A stretch of DNA of 63,877 bases, the filler included, from Sphacelaria rigidula (Eukaryota), in the NCBI GenBank assembly GCA_964200075.2. It is 7 parts of 7 records of this genome, joined end to end, with 100 filler letters (N's around TTAATTAATTAA, not from the genome) between each part and the next. Parts side by side here need not be neighbours in the genome. Positions count along the whole stretch, not along the records: positions 36,565 to 45,603 come from CAXNAA020009453.1; positions 45,704 to 54,740 come from CAXNAA020009454.1; 5 more parts are not named here. One strand, given 5' to 3'. Shown here in pieces: positions 37,574 through 50,915 of this stretch. The translations under genes were made by a program, and so were the position numbers. How positions within the stretch are numbered: the first letter of the stretch is position 1; every line of letters starts with the position of its first letter. Under the pieces are notes generated by a model that worked only from the letters and a program-made list of their open reading frames with translations, had not been told where the DNA came from and made no database searches.

Positions 37574-38569
37574 TCATACAAAACTCACCGACAACGGCTG
37601 TGCACTTTGCACCATCCATCGGATCAGATCCTGGACCCAGTCTGGCGTCCGCGGCGGTAAGTTTGTAGGCAGCAAGGATTGCTGTGAGCCCACCGCATGC
37701 GGACCCACCCCTTCCTTACCCTTGCCCTTTCTGGTGCCCTTCAGTCCCTGCTGTCGGTTTTTTACCTCTTGGTAGGCCTCCTTGTGGCCGGGGAGGCTGG
37801 TGTTCAGGTGGTTCATGAAGTTGGTGGGCAATTAATTTTACTTGATCTCGGCTCGGTCGTAATTTTCTTGTTGCAGACAAAGCGTGCAAATCGCGTACTG
37901 CTGCAGCCTCGCCAGGACGTATACCCCGAAAAATAACCAGACGTGAGCTGATGAGTTGTCGGGTTTGCTCTTCCGGCGCTGCTCTTTGAGACGCTTCTCC
38001 TTTTCTGCACGAATTGCATCCTTGAGGTTGGCCCTCAGCTCCGTCCTACAGCGTTTGGCGCTCCCTTGTCCTGCGGGCTCGTCGGAAGGGCCACGGCGGT
38101 TGTCACTACCGGCTGCATCCCCATTGCGGACTGCACCATCGGCGGCTGCAGCTGCAGGGCCAGCATCGACATCGGAGCCTGCTGTGCTCATGCTAGATTA
38201 TGTCGTAGGTATCCTTGACTTCTTGTCTTATGCAACTACCCAGTGCAGCACTCGTAGTCTTGTGAAAAGTCGACTGGGCTCCTGAACTGTGGTGAGTTAA
38301 TTGAGAATTTGAAGTTTGTACCACGAGTACTGTACTGTACTGTCTGTACCTCCACTGTTGTCAGGTGTGGGCCACAATTCTACTGTCATTTTGTTCATAG
38401 TCACGTGAGCATCTTTGATATAAAGTCACCATACTAAAATTGGTATGAGCATAGCTGGTAACGGCAAGTATCAAATAAACTGGATAAACTGGAGTCCTCG
38501 TCACCAGTTCCAGTTAAACTCCAGTTTCAGTTTAACTGCCACTACAAACTGGTTCAGTTCAAAGCCCTC
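37574..38569 (-). mobile_element. 5' part of a hAT (Ac-like) DNA transposon with a BED zinc-finger transposase pseudogene
   Basis: Same-frame ORFs 38191-37838 and 37831-37574, separated by TAA AAT TAA, read SAHVWLFF…AICTLC…PTNFMNHL…H (BED finger), then LIRWMVQSAQPLS (hAT WIVxxxQPFS block). Terminus GAGGGCTTTGAACTG at 38569 with subterminal AACTGG/CCAGTT repeats. Confidence 0.8.
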
Positions 38570-39316
38570 ATCGTTATGGAAACACAACAGACAGGGCGTG
38601 TCTAGCCTACACACCGCATAGCGCTATCACCAAAACAACAGAATCTGTCCAGAGTATCCTCTATTCAACCATGAAAACATGGGACACCATCTGTACGTGG
38701 GGGCGATGAAAAATCTTGGTGTCTGCGCAGTGTGAGGTTACATACTGGGTCGGCGGCATCCGCATGCATGAGTCCAACACTCCCCATAGGTGCGTTGCGC
38801 TTCCTGTACTACACGTGGCACCACCTTGACTGCGACGCCTCCTTTCAGAGCAACACAAATGTGTGAACTTCAGCGTCCCATCACAGCTGTCGTACGTGAA
38901 AAATCTGCCGGCACTGTCCCCTGCAGTGTACCGTTTCTGTTTGCAACTGACGTAAGTGTGTTGCGCTGGGTTTGGCACTAGAAAGGTCTCGGGATGATAT
39001 TTTTCCAAGTAGAGGCCTAGCGGCCGAGGTGTTACAACATGTAGCGCACAAAAAGTACAACGCACCTGGTGGGGGTGTGGGACTCGTGCATGAGGATACC
39101 GCTGACCCAGTACGTTGCCTCGCGTTGCGCAGACGTCAAGATATTTCATCATCCCATCAAAGTTATCGTATGTAGAAGAAACGCCGGCACATTCCTTCTG
39201 GCGAATATTTGGGCGCGTGCTGTACTTAACCTGGTATATTATCGGCATACATCCATTTTTGTTTCTTGTCACACTCTGTCGGCACACTACTTTCTTTTTT
39301 GCCGTCACACTCTAAG

Positions 39317-39695
39317 AGCCGTCGCCCCGGTGGCTCAGTTGATCACCTTGAAATCCTCTGACTGTGGGTCGTGGGTTCGAACCCCGGTGCAATCACAAGT
39401 TTTGGGATTTTTTATCACACAACGCCCAACAGTGGACAGCGACTATGTCGTGCGTACAAAAAACTCGACTTCACGGTCGACAAGGGAAAGGGACCCGTGA
39501 ACCTCTCGCGCGATGAAAAACAAAAAGGCAAGCACCGCAGAAGGAAGGTGGAGTACTAAAGCAACAAAAAAAACAGAATCCTGTGTTGGCCTTCCTCCTG
39601 TGTGACCCCGGCTGACGCGCCGACATATACCGAAAGGTGTAGACTGGCGTCCAGAACAGATGGTACGACAACACAACAAAACACACGCACACACT
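39317..39695 (+). mobile_element. tRNA-derived SINE, family A
   Basis: GCCCCGGTGGCTCAGTTG head, GGTTCGAACC B box, conserved body and tail. Confidence 0.88.
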
Positions 39696-39878
39696 CTCAA
39701 CCCCTCCCCCTCCTCGGAACGAGCCCATGATTTCACGGGATCAACGCATCTCTCCTCACATCCTCGGGGTTTCGATGGTGGAATCTTATACTACGAAGAG
39801 AAAAAAAGAATGCATTTGGCGGTAATCGAACCCGTGTTCCTGAGGGTGACCGTGCGACCATTGGGCCACACAGGGGCA
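39685..39878 (-). mobile_element. tRNA-derived SINE, family B, tail-to-tail with a family A copy
   Basis: Minus-strand GTGGCCCAATGGT A box and GGTTCGATTACC B box. Tail homologous to 722-790. Confidence 0.6.
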
Positions 39879-40687
39879 CTCGGCTGGAACGACTACGCGA
39901 AAACGACGATGTGCGTCACATGGCCTAGAATTTCGGGGTGAAACTTGGACGGCAGAGATTCAACATATTGGCCTACCCTATCCCCGGTATCAGGCAAGTT
40001 TGTTTTCGCTTACTTGAAAAGGAGCTGACAAAATATCACACAATTGCATCGCCCGGAGTGGGGTTGACCCTTAGACGGCGAACGTAGTCCATCTGGACTA
40101 TGCATAATTTTTTCAAGTGATATTGATGTCGATTCAACAGATGACCTACTCTCGCTGTCCAGGGGTTAAAAAAAAATAAACTTGGCTAATCCTGGGGAAA
40201 AGGTTAGGCATATGTGTTGAACTCTGCCGTCAAAATTGCACCCCGAAATCCGAAAAAGTTGGGCCGCGCATGGCTTGTAAACGGAGGCGAGGGAAGCCTT
40301 GGTCGGCCCAGCTCGTAGGCAAACTACTTTTCGATCGAAAAAGTGCGGCGGAAACGAAAAACTCTGATCTAATGGGTCGTCATCTATGTCCACGTCGTTC
40401 ACATTGAAATGACGACCCATGAGATCGGGTTTTTTTTCTTTTCCGCCGCACGTTTTTAATCGAAAAACAACTTGCGCTGACTTGACTGGGAGAAGAATAT
40501 CACAGCGACCACCTCCGTGGTGATCACACTGTCATCATGCCCACTGCATCACTTCTGGAACTGTCTGTAAGGGGACATGGCCTCTTGGCCGGGTACCTTT
40601 GCAGGGATCCTTGACAGAACCCACACTTCGCGCCAAAGGTGCGTAAGGGCGAGCTGTGGCGCGAATTGGAGCGGGAACGTTGATCCC

Positions 40688-40887
40688 AGTGTGTGTGTTG
40701 TTGTCCCATCTATTCTGGGCGCCAGTGTACACCTTTCGGTATATGTGGGCGCACCAGCCGGGGTCACACAGGAGGAAGGTCAACACAGGAGTTTTTTTTC
40801 TTTTAGTACTCTACCTTTCTTCTACGGTGCTTGCCTTTTATTTTTTATCGCGAGAGGGGTTCAGCAGTCCCTTCCCCTCGTCGACCG
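40688..40887 (-). mobile_element. 5'-truncated SINE family A; a shorter tail fragment lies at about 11240-11315
   Basis: 3' half only, from CGTCGACG to the CA tail. Confidence 0.8.
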
Positions 40888-41496
40888 TTAGGTCTGAAAA
40901 GTCGAAGGAGCCAAAACATACAGTTTTTTTTTCTCAAGAAGTGTGTAGGATCTTCCAGATTGAAAATCGCGCAAGCCAAAAACATGGGAAGGTTCCGCCC
41001 GGTCGGTCGGCAAAGAAGCGAATAATTCACCTGGTCGGTCGGCAAAGAAGCAGTGAAGGCCATCTGCACCCATGACACGTACACCTCCCTGCTGCATTGT
41101 ATCCCCCGTACGGTTTGGTCATGCTTCATTTTTACGTCGAAACTGTGGCAGAGCAACACAGATGACGCAACCTGGGAGTGCCCGTCTGTATAGGTAATAT
41201 AAAGCGCACATTACAGTACAACAGTACAATGCTTTACATTACAATACGGTGTTGTCTTCTCTCTCTCCCCCGCTGCGTTTGTTTCGTTTGTCTATGGGTA
41301 TCACCGAGGATCAGATTATACCAAACCCTTCCACGGCGTCACCCCTTCTTGCCTCCAGTTGCAAAATGGAGTCCTTGGGCTGCCGAGGTGGGCATTGATT
41401 TTCGAAGTAATATTACGTCCATGAAGCACAACGGACCCATCCTGAGGGTGGCTGTCGTCTGTGTGAATAGACAAAGCCGAAGTGCACCGTACAGCA

Positions 41497-43568
41497 CAGT
41501 TATGGGCGGGCCTGACCCCCCAAAATGGGCAAAAAAAGTGTCGACGACCGAAAGCACGAACAGACACGAACAGACCGACTTCTGGGGCTTATCCAGGCTC
41601 GTGGGGTAAAATGTGCCTTACGTCATCGGAAGAGAACTACATGGATCCAAAATTCATATCGAGAAAGAGTGTACTGCATTAAAAAATCAGAACCCTACCG
41701 TTATTTCCGTTGTTGTTCCTCATATATTGCATGTCACTGGGTCGCGTTTCGTCCGTGCTTGCGATACCCTGGCATGCAAGGAGGCTGATTGGGTTGAACA
41801 AACCCAACGCACACCGAGAACACTCGGGCAAGGGCGGTATATACATCCCCCGCAGGAAGTGAGGCCTTGGTAGACCCCAAATCGGCGCCTGTGGCACCAA
41901 TTTGAACGAAAACTCGTTGTGCGCAGCTAAGGAGCACACGGGACCGTCAGCCCTACTCAAATTCCGTTTCTCGTTGTACGCACTCAAATAGAGTAACACC
42001 AACCGTGAACATTTGTAGCCCAACGCCGGTAAGTGAAACCAGGAAGCTGAACCATCTTTCGGGGGGGATGCGGATCAAAGTTGGGTCAACATGCTGTGCT
42101 CAACATGCGGCAAAGCCATATGTACTGATGAACTTCAACGAGGACGGCCCTTACACAGACGAGTGGAGTACAAATAGTCACGGGGTGTATAATGTGGGCC
42201 GGGCGGGTGTTGGTCCACCACCTCGTTATGGTTTTAGGAGCTTAATTTATCGGCTGCAATGATTCCACAGCTTTTGTCGGACGAATGACTCGCGTTTCAA
42301 ACTGTATTTATTTTTCCGTGGGCATGGCTTTTCATTTGATGAGCATGATATCAAATAGCTCTTTGACCGCGACGGTCGGTCACATGCTGAATCGGCATCA
42401 TTTTTCACTTGAAAAAAGTATGCATGGTCCAGATGGACTACCCTCGCGGTCTAGACTCCAAAGATTTTGTGTTGAAGGAGGGAACGAAAACAAAAGGTCG
42501 TCCGTTACCCACCAGTACCGATACAACAGATGCGTGTCCTAGGACGGGTGGGTCCACTGAAAGACATGAATGAAGCTTCGGTGCCATGTGGCTTCAGCGA
42601 AAGTGCGCGGACGACTTTATACTGTCTTTTTGGTCGTCTTGACGCAGTATACTTCACCATTCGGGGGGGTAAGTTGGTTCATCTTGATCTTCGTGTGGAA
42701 ACCGAAATCCGGATCTTTCATGGGAGCTGTGCCCCTAGCATGCCCAAAACGCGTTTTTGTCTAAATCGGCGCCTGGGGCGCCGATTTGAGCTCTGACAAC
42801 CCACCCTTTGCCCAGGCAACACGTTTCACCCCCCTTGCCCGAGGGTTCTCGGTATGCCTTCGCTGTGGTTAGGGTCAGGGCCAGTGTTATTATTTGTTCT
42901 CTCCGCCTCTGCGAGGTCGCGAAGATGATCCCAGCTTCTGGGGGTTCGGTCGAAGGTTCAAATTCTACACCTGTCGAACATTCCACATATCTGATGTATC
43001 AACCATCTGCACTATCAAGAGGCATTCATGGGTGTCATCTGTTCTGAGGCCTTTAGACAGGGGTGAGGTTTTCGCGTTTCGTGGAGACCGGCGAGGGTTT
43101 GAGGCGCGTGTTTGCGATCATAGCCCAATCCTTCTCAGAGAATACTCATCGCCACGGCCATCGATTGGGATGCGACTTTTTGTATCATCTGAGCCAAGAC
43201 GACATCTACAATTGTACCGGGTGTTTTTTTTTATTTCATCAAGATGCGAGTTTCATAACGAATTAAGTGAAAAAAAACATTTTTTTTTGCGTTTTTCTCG
43301 ATCACTCTAACCTCTTTGATAAAACCATCAGGTTCGATTATAGCTTGGACAAATACACGCCGGTGAGTAGCCGAGCCACGCCGTGGTTTGTACTCCGGAA
43401 CAAGAAAACTTCCAAACCGTGGATGGAAACCCTACTCAAGTCAAAAGTACTTTGAAGGATTTTGCGGCGTGCATAGTCAGGGGATGAACGAGGGCTCCGG
43501 TCTGTTCGTGCTTTTGGTCGGTGACACTTTTAGGGCTCATTTCGGGGGGTCCGGCGCGCCCATAACAG
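41497..43568. mobile_element. ~2.1-kb non-autonomous TIR element (Tc1/mariner-like ends) with nested insertions
   Basis: ~85-bp TIRs C(A/T)GTTATGGGCG…AAAAGTGTC…AAAGCACGAACAGACCG; right flank TA, left flank CA. An inner inverted pair lies at about 41872-41915 and 42745-42795, and a MITE at 42355-42460. Confidence 0.65.
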
Positions 43569-45147
43569 TACAATGCAGTACAGTACAGTCTTATCTTCTC
43601 TGTGGCCCCCGCCCCATTCCTCCCTTCGTCTGTGAATATCGCCGAGTATCGGATTGCTCCTTTGGAGAGCGTGAGAGCGTCACCTCTTCCCGCCAGCTCC
43701 AAAAGTGACGCTTGGTCGCCAGGGTGGTGTCTTGCGTTCATTTTTCAAGTCAAAATCTCTGGAGACGACCACCTCTCCCTAAAACTGGCTAAAAAGTCGA
43801 ACTCTTCCACCTCCGATTGGATCATCTGTGTTTTGCATTCATTTTTCAATTGAAAGGTACGCCGATACTGGGACGGACCCTGGGGTGAGTGGAGGGTGGG
43901 TGACACTTGTCCATGTATTCCCGGCTCACAAGCTCAAGTCGCAGCGGACGGAGGCTGTAGAGGCGGTACGGCGAACATGGCGGTACCAATACAATCAACA
44001 CCACAGACGAAGAGAACAGTACGATTCAGTCACCATGATGTTGTCCGTTCCAGTACACGCCATGTTCTTCACCTTGGGTTCCCTGTGCGGCTGTATACAC
44101 AAGCGGCGGCGCTTTTCTCAATGCAAATGTCAGAGTGCATCATACTTGCACATGCGCACGCACCGAACCAAAGTTATTGCGCGATCGATTCAGATCTGAC
44201 CTCCGAGGCTTCCCCTCAAGCCCCTTCTGGCTGTCATTATTTTCCACTTGCATTTATTGGGAGCGGCGCATCGCTCGGGGCACTCCATCGAGGGATAGAT
44301 TTTGCCCGCGCGACTCTCTACGGTTACGTGTGCGATTCGAGTGCCTATAGAGCAGGGATGGGACTGTTTCCGGAACATCTTTGCGATGAAAGTTCCAGTC
44401 TCTTAGCCACGCAAAACCGACAGTTGCCGTAATTCTTGGTTCGCTGTGGATCATCGCAAAACAATCGTGAACTGCATGCGCTCATAATTCACCCTCGTTG
44501 ATACAAACCCACCAAGATACCGCACAAAAGGGTCAACATTAATCGCCCGGAACACGGTCTTCCCCTAAAATCCATGCAACACGTCACGCTATATTTGTTC
44601 TGAACATCATTTTCTTCGGTCTTTTCCATCAATCTTTGTAAAAGTGGATTTCAAGAGACTGACCACGCTCCACCCCTGCCCTGTATGTGTCCCCATTTTT
44701 TGCCTCTTGTCTCCGCTTTTGATGCGACAGATGCCCCCGGCGCAGGGTGTGGCTGCAGTTCGACAGACTCACAATGGTAGCCAGGCTGGTATCGCGGAGG
44801 TGACCCACGCAGGCGAGTTTGTGCCCCGAATTACCAGCAACCGCTTGTCTATCCCAGAATCAAGCACGTCTCGTCACGCAGTCAAAAGCCCCGATCCCAA
44901 CTCGAAGTCGAGTGCGATTCCATTTTGACGGGCTGTGCGTAATCGTGATCCAATGTGTTCCTCCTGCGTCCCAGCAGCACGACGAGCGCTTACGTCCATG
45001 TGCTTGGAAAAAAATGGAAACAATAATAATACTGGCAAAGACCAATGAACAACATAAAAATAACCGATCCATAACGCCTCACAGATGCTGAGTGCGTGAA
45101 AAAGAGGCGAATTTTTACCCCCGTCCCCCTCCCCGTTCCCCCCCAGA

Positions 45148-45603
45148 GCCTCTGGGAGTGGCGATACCAGAAAATGAAGCAAGTCATCGGAGGCTGTCGT
45201 CCAAATGCAAGATAATCAGTACCCTTCGGTCGAATAATCTTAGCAGGATGCAGGGGTGGAGCGTGGTCAGTCGAACATATGACGGCGCATCGTGCTTGGT
45301 GATCGATTGCGAGTCTGACCCGGCGAAAATTCGGCGTGCTCCGTCCCGTCTTTGTAGGGATGCGAAGTCAATGGTCATATGACTACGGCATGCAAAATCA
45401 TGAGTACCCCCCCCCTGCCCCCCTCCCCCGAAGTTCGATGAAAACATGACAAGAAGCGATGGTTGACGCATGCTGCTGCCAAGCCTTAACGCTAACGTTA
45501 ACCCCCCCCCCCCTAGAACCCTAACGCTGGTGAGGCACCCGTGAGGCAGTGCATAAGCCATGGCTGTCTCTGGAAGTGGCGTCACCAGAAAATAAAGCAA
45601 CTC
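45148..45603 (+). repeat. Unclassified dispersed/tandem repeat (~330-bp unit); also at 45704-45782, 46455-46595 and inverted at 48790-49090
   Basis: Shared blocks GGCTGTCTCTGGAAGTGG..CCAGAAAATAAAGCAACTC and CGGCGTGCTCCGTCCCG…GTCAATGGT..TATGACTACGGCATGCA..ATCATGAG. Confidence 0.8.
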
Positions 45604-48600
45604 NNNNNNNNNNNNNNNNNNNNNNNNNNNNNNNNNNNNNNNNNNNNTTAATTAATTAANNNNNNNNNNNNNNNNNNNNNNNNNNNNNNNNNNNNNNNNN
45701 NNNCGGCGTGCTCCGTCCCGGCTTTGTAGGGATGCGAGGTCAATGGTCTTACGACTATGGCATGCATGATCATGAGCATACCCAGCTGAATGTGGAGCAT
45801 ATTCGAGTCGTGCAAAGCTTGTGTCGCGGTCAACTTTCGCCGTCTAGCCCTATTCACGTGTTTTTAGATTCCGAAAATTTGCCTCCGCATGTATCGCTAG
45901 TAGCACTGACGAGTACCAGCTGTGTATGTATCAGTATACTAGACCTGCGCATGACCCCAGAAGCTCCCGGCCGCCCTCCAAATGTAGCCCGACATCATGT
46001 GGCCGTAGTCGCCGTTATTCACTGTCAGAATCTGGCTCTGTTCGTGTTACCACTGCTCCCAAGCGGTTTCGGTCTACACTCCAGACCTTCAAGAAAATGT
46101 CTCAGCCTGTGTAATTGTAAGTTGCCCCAGGAAAAATGCCAGATGTATTCCCATCACACGCGTCCCGATATACCCGTTATTTGCCTCATACCAACAATTT
46201 TGATGCTCAGCATTGGTGGAACTCTGTCAAACGAACTTTGTCAGAATAGCTCTCTGCCGGCCGCAACACCAAGCAAGCACACGTACCCTCCTTGTTTCAG
46301 AATCTTCAATGTAAGCAACCTCCGTACAATTCTCTCCTCAAACGATACCCCTCCTTCGCGTGCCATTCCCGCCTCTGCTGCCATCGAAACCATAATCGTC
46401 GAGTTACTGTACATCACATTGCATGGGATGGAGAACCTGGATTCCGCGCAAACGGGACGACCATGCGGCAGTGTGTAACCCGTGGCTGTCTGTGGAAGTG
46501 GTGATGCCAGAAAATAAAGCAACTCGTTCGTGGCTGTCATCCATATGCATGATAATAAGTACGCTTCGGACCGGTCAATCTCAGTAGGATCATGAAGCAG
46601 GCAGAAATAACACATGATTTCGCAAATGTGAAGAGGTGGTTGTCCTCCGCTGACACTTGTGGGAATTTTCACATTCTATGAAGTATAGTAAAAGCAATTT
46701 TAAAGCTCGCATTTTCGATTGAAAGCGAGTTTTGAAAAAAAAATCGGTTACCATTACTTATCACGGTCTCTTTTCTATATCAAACTTTGGAAACCGAGGA
46801 ATACAACTACACGGCACAATTTTTAAAAAAGAAATACTCTCTATTAGCACTTCGAACGAGTTACGGGCTCACGGGTCTTTGAGATTCTTACGGGTGTACA
46901 GCCCCCACTCCTCGCTCTTGATATTTCATCGAACAATCCTATGGTTCAAGTTTTGTGTTTTCTCGATATTCATTGCGCTGCAGCCGAGAAAACTGTTTTT
47001 TTCAGTCATATACGGTCAATAGCATCCCGTCGATAATCGGAATTTTGCTCCATACGGTTCCGAAAATCACAAGAATAGGAGATGGTCCCGAGCACGACCT
47101 GCTTCTTCTTCCACGCCTACCGACTCTCAAATGTTTGATGGGAGGTGACAAATCGTCTGCGAGAAAATCCCAATTGAGTGAAGACGAGGTTTAACCTCGA
47201 ACAACTGTAGGTTCCGTATAGTGCATGAATGGACACCTCGATATGTCGTGAGTCGTCGTGACTTTTGCTTGCCCTCGAGCTCTTATCCCTCTGTCGGATC
47301 GTGCCTCCGCCACATACATGCCGATTTTTTAGAAGAAATCTCCCGTAGAATCTGCCGTTCCATACGATATGCATACCCTCACGGGCGGCCGTGGGATGTG
47401 TGGAACGAAGGGTGCATGCATCTAGATCCTCTGTTATTGCAACAGTCCCTTGTTCAAAGCTTATATTCACCAAACTAAATCCTCATAAAACTCGTCTGAT
47501 AGTGCCACTTTTCTGCCACCATTACCGGGCATCAGTTTCTGATTGCATCATGTTGGATGACCCCGTAACACTACTTGCAGGGAAAGTACGACGAAAGCGC
47601 AGTGCTCTGCGAGAGGGCTTTAACGATTCGTAGAGGAGCGCTGGGGGAGGATCACGAAGACACCGCCGGCACGAGGCGTCTTCTGGATGACATGAGAAGA
47701 GAGCAGATTCGTTCATGAGGCAAGCCAGGGAGCTCCGTAAGTTGTGGTTCAGCATTTTGCCTTCGATCGAAGCCACCATCATCGTCCTTGGTATCCGTAT
47801 GTGCTGTGTATCGCCAACCCTTTCCAGTCTCACCTCTCTGGATGATGAGTATGTGGTACGTGTTTTCCACCGAACGATGCCGTAGCCCCAAAGTTGAATA
47901 TTAAACTGAAAATGGCATTCCTCTTAGCAGGTGTCATCGAATGCGTGAGCATAGTGCCAGGGAGGATTCAGACTTGCGCGGCAAACACGGACGTGTACGT
48001 CAGCAAAAGTGGCGAATGCCTTGCTTGTCTATGAAGTGTGACTCGAAGGGCAGGCGAGTAGGTCAGGACATCGTTGTACAGAATGGCACCGCACAGAGGG
48101 CCTTTCTTTTTTGTTAGCATATTTTGCGGAAGGCTTGCCATCATGTACCCCCAACGTGCATGCCTTCCGGAGCATTGTGTCTACATGAACGGCGGGTCGA
48201 TGAAAAATATAGATGTGGACAACACATTTCATGTCTGTCTGTGGTTTGTCTCCTTGTGCGGGCACAAAAGGGAAGTGGTTATTGATACCTGTAGTTGCAT
48301 ATTCCATGTCGATGTTTGATTTTTGTTTTGATGTTGGAGAAATCACTATAAATAGAGTATTTATTTCATGGTCTGAGTCTGGATTGTGTTTTGATACCGC
48401 GATCGAACAGAAACGGTTAGGCAATTGATCTCGCTACGAGTATGACGGTGTTATTTCAGAATACATTTGGACTGTTTTTGTGATGGGGAGGTTAAAAATA
48501 GCCTGCTCTGTTATCGGTCTGTGTTCTCGTTATATATAATAATACTCGTAGTGAAATAACGATGATTAGAGTCTAGTTGAGTTATTACATGCCTCTGGCT

Positions 48601-50793
48601 TTTTTTGTTTTGACACAGGAAAAAAATGTGTGTATCTTGACTGGTTGTCAGTGTTTTGGTACGGGGAAGGAAAATAATGGTCAGCTTCGTTATTTATTTA
48701 ACGTCTAATCCGGTCCTTGTTCGGTGTGATGAAAAGAGAAGTCTTTAGTTGAGTCATTCCATGTCTATAGTGTGTATTGGTACGGGGTGGGGCGTACTCA
48801 TGATCTTGCATGCCGTAGTCATATAACCATTGACCTTGCACCCCTTCGAAGCTGGGACGGAGCACGCCGGGTTTTCGCCTGATCGGGCTCGCAGTCAATC
48901 ACCAAGCACGAAGCGTCGTGATGTGTTTGGCGAGTCGCATGAAGGGTGAGGTGCATCCTGCTGAGATTGTGCGGTCCGAAGCGTGCTGATTGTCTTCCAT
49001 ATAGACATCAGTCTATGATGACTTCCTTTTCTGGTACTGTCACTTCCAGAGATAGCCACGGTTTACACACTGCCTCACGGGTGTCTCAACGAAGGCGTGG
49101 TCAGATGGATTGGCAGGTCGCGAACCACAAATAAATAATCGTGTTGTGTGCACAACACCATATAAGCTTGATGGGAGAGTTACTGTACTCATGGGAGAGT
49201 TACCACGTTTCCACACCTGACCGCGAGGGGAGGTGTGGTTGTTCGGTTGGATAGGGAGGGCATTTCCAGATTGCGAACCACAGATAACAGTGACTGGCAC
49301 ACCCTACCGTTTGTGGGATGGGTACTGCAACAACATTAACTGCTAAATACATTCCGACATAGCGCATGACCGTGAGAGAAGGGAGGGGGGGATTGCAAAC
49401 TCGCGAGCCCCGAAAACCTCACACCCCATGTTGTCAGCATTACATAGATATACAGCCAAAGCTTTGGGTCAACTGACTGACACCCCCACCATCGCGTTTA
49501 CGGGATAATGAGAATTACTATCAAACTGCCACATTTCCACACCACTTGTCCCCATCTGCACGCCACCGCACGTCGCTCAAAGTGACGATTTATCTGAGGG
49601 TTCTTCCTGAAGTCTGCAGTTGTGCCGCTTGTCCGAAACTTTCGAACAGAGTTTTCGAGTCACGGACAGAGGACAATTGTCTTCCCTTTGTCTAAAAAAT
49701 AACCCTCCCCCCCTAACCAAGCTCCCTTCCTCCTACCGTTCATTTTGTCAAGGTGTGAAAACTTCCAAACTGCAACTGGCACTCTACACTATCCTATTCT
49801 TCGTCATGGTAGTTAAAAATGTAGGATATTTATGGTGTCCCGTCACGTGGGTTCACTGGCGTGCTAATGCTCCGTAATACTACTACTGTACGGCATGACC
49901 TTTCGTGTCTCTGCTGACATAGCAGAGTACTCTGTCTATTGAGCTACGGCGGCACGTTGAGTGACAGGGCTCGGGAGAGCAGGATAAGGAAGTGTAGAAG
50001 TACACACAACAGACAGCACAGTGCAGTGAGAAGGGGTGCGAGGGAGAGCCACGCATCTCGTCACATGTAAATACAGTCAGTAGGAGACAGACAAGGCACC
50101 AAGGAAAGCTCGTAGAATGTGCTTGGTGGCGTTGTGTGTGAGCACTTTTGGTCGGGAGCGTACATATCGCCACGAGGCCACAAGGCATGAGGAGACACCG
50201 AGGTACTGTCTGTAGCGAGGGTTGAGTACCAAAACCCATATTTATCATCTCTGATTAAAAAATGTAAAGATGTTAGTGAAATGAGAAAGCCCGAAAAAAA
50301 CATGTCTTCGTCGATCTGGCCCGCCATTGCCCGCACAATGCACAATGACTACGCTGCACAGAAAATGACCGAAGGTGATGCGTGACGTGAACGTCGTCTG
50401 GGTAGAGCTTGAGACACTTGATATATAACCCTGCTGCAGACCGTATTTATATCTGCTGCGCCTGAGACTGTTCTCACAAGTATCAGTTCTCGCATTAAAT
50501 ACTTGGGACAAAATAGCGTCGGGGAAGGGAACGCTGGGATTTTGTGGTCATCATAGCTCCAGGTGAGGCACATGGCAGCACTGATCACGGCATGGAAACA
50601 CTTACTCCCTGCTAGAAGTACCGGCAAAATGGTGCTTGCATCTCATCCATGTTATATGCCTTGCAAGTATAGGCAGTACATGGACCGACACGTTGAGGTG
50701 TACCCGGTTGTCGGATCACGGTGAATCTGTCGTGCGGTCCAGTTGACTGACGGTATACTGGATTCCAAAATTCCACCTTGTCGCTCGAAGCGT

Positions 50794-50915
50794 TACTTGT
50801 AACGCTAGATGTCTCTTGAAGATTGTCCTATCGGGCTACCAACAATACCAGGACTACTTGTAACGCTAGATGTCTCTTGAAGATTGTCCTATCGGGCTAC
50901 CAACAATACCAGGAC
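50794..50915 (+). repeat. Perfect 61-bp tandem duplication
   Basis: 50794-50854 is identical to 50855-50915. Confidence 0.95.

Noticed and set aside
45560..45782. Contig 5 end and contig 6 start appear to continue one repeat, suggesting true adjacency
   Set aside because: Contigs are ordered by size and commonly break in multicopy repeats, so adjacency is unsupported.
50794..50915. Short direct repeats (also 63352-63397 and 59811-59854) as CRISPR-like arrays
   Set aside because: They are head-to-tail duplications without spacers, in a eukaryotic context with no cas genes.
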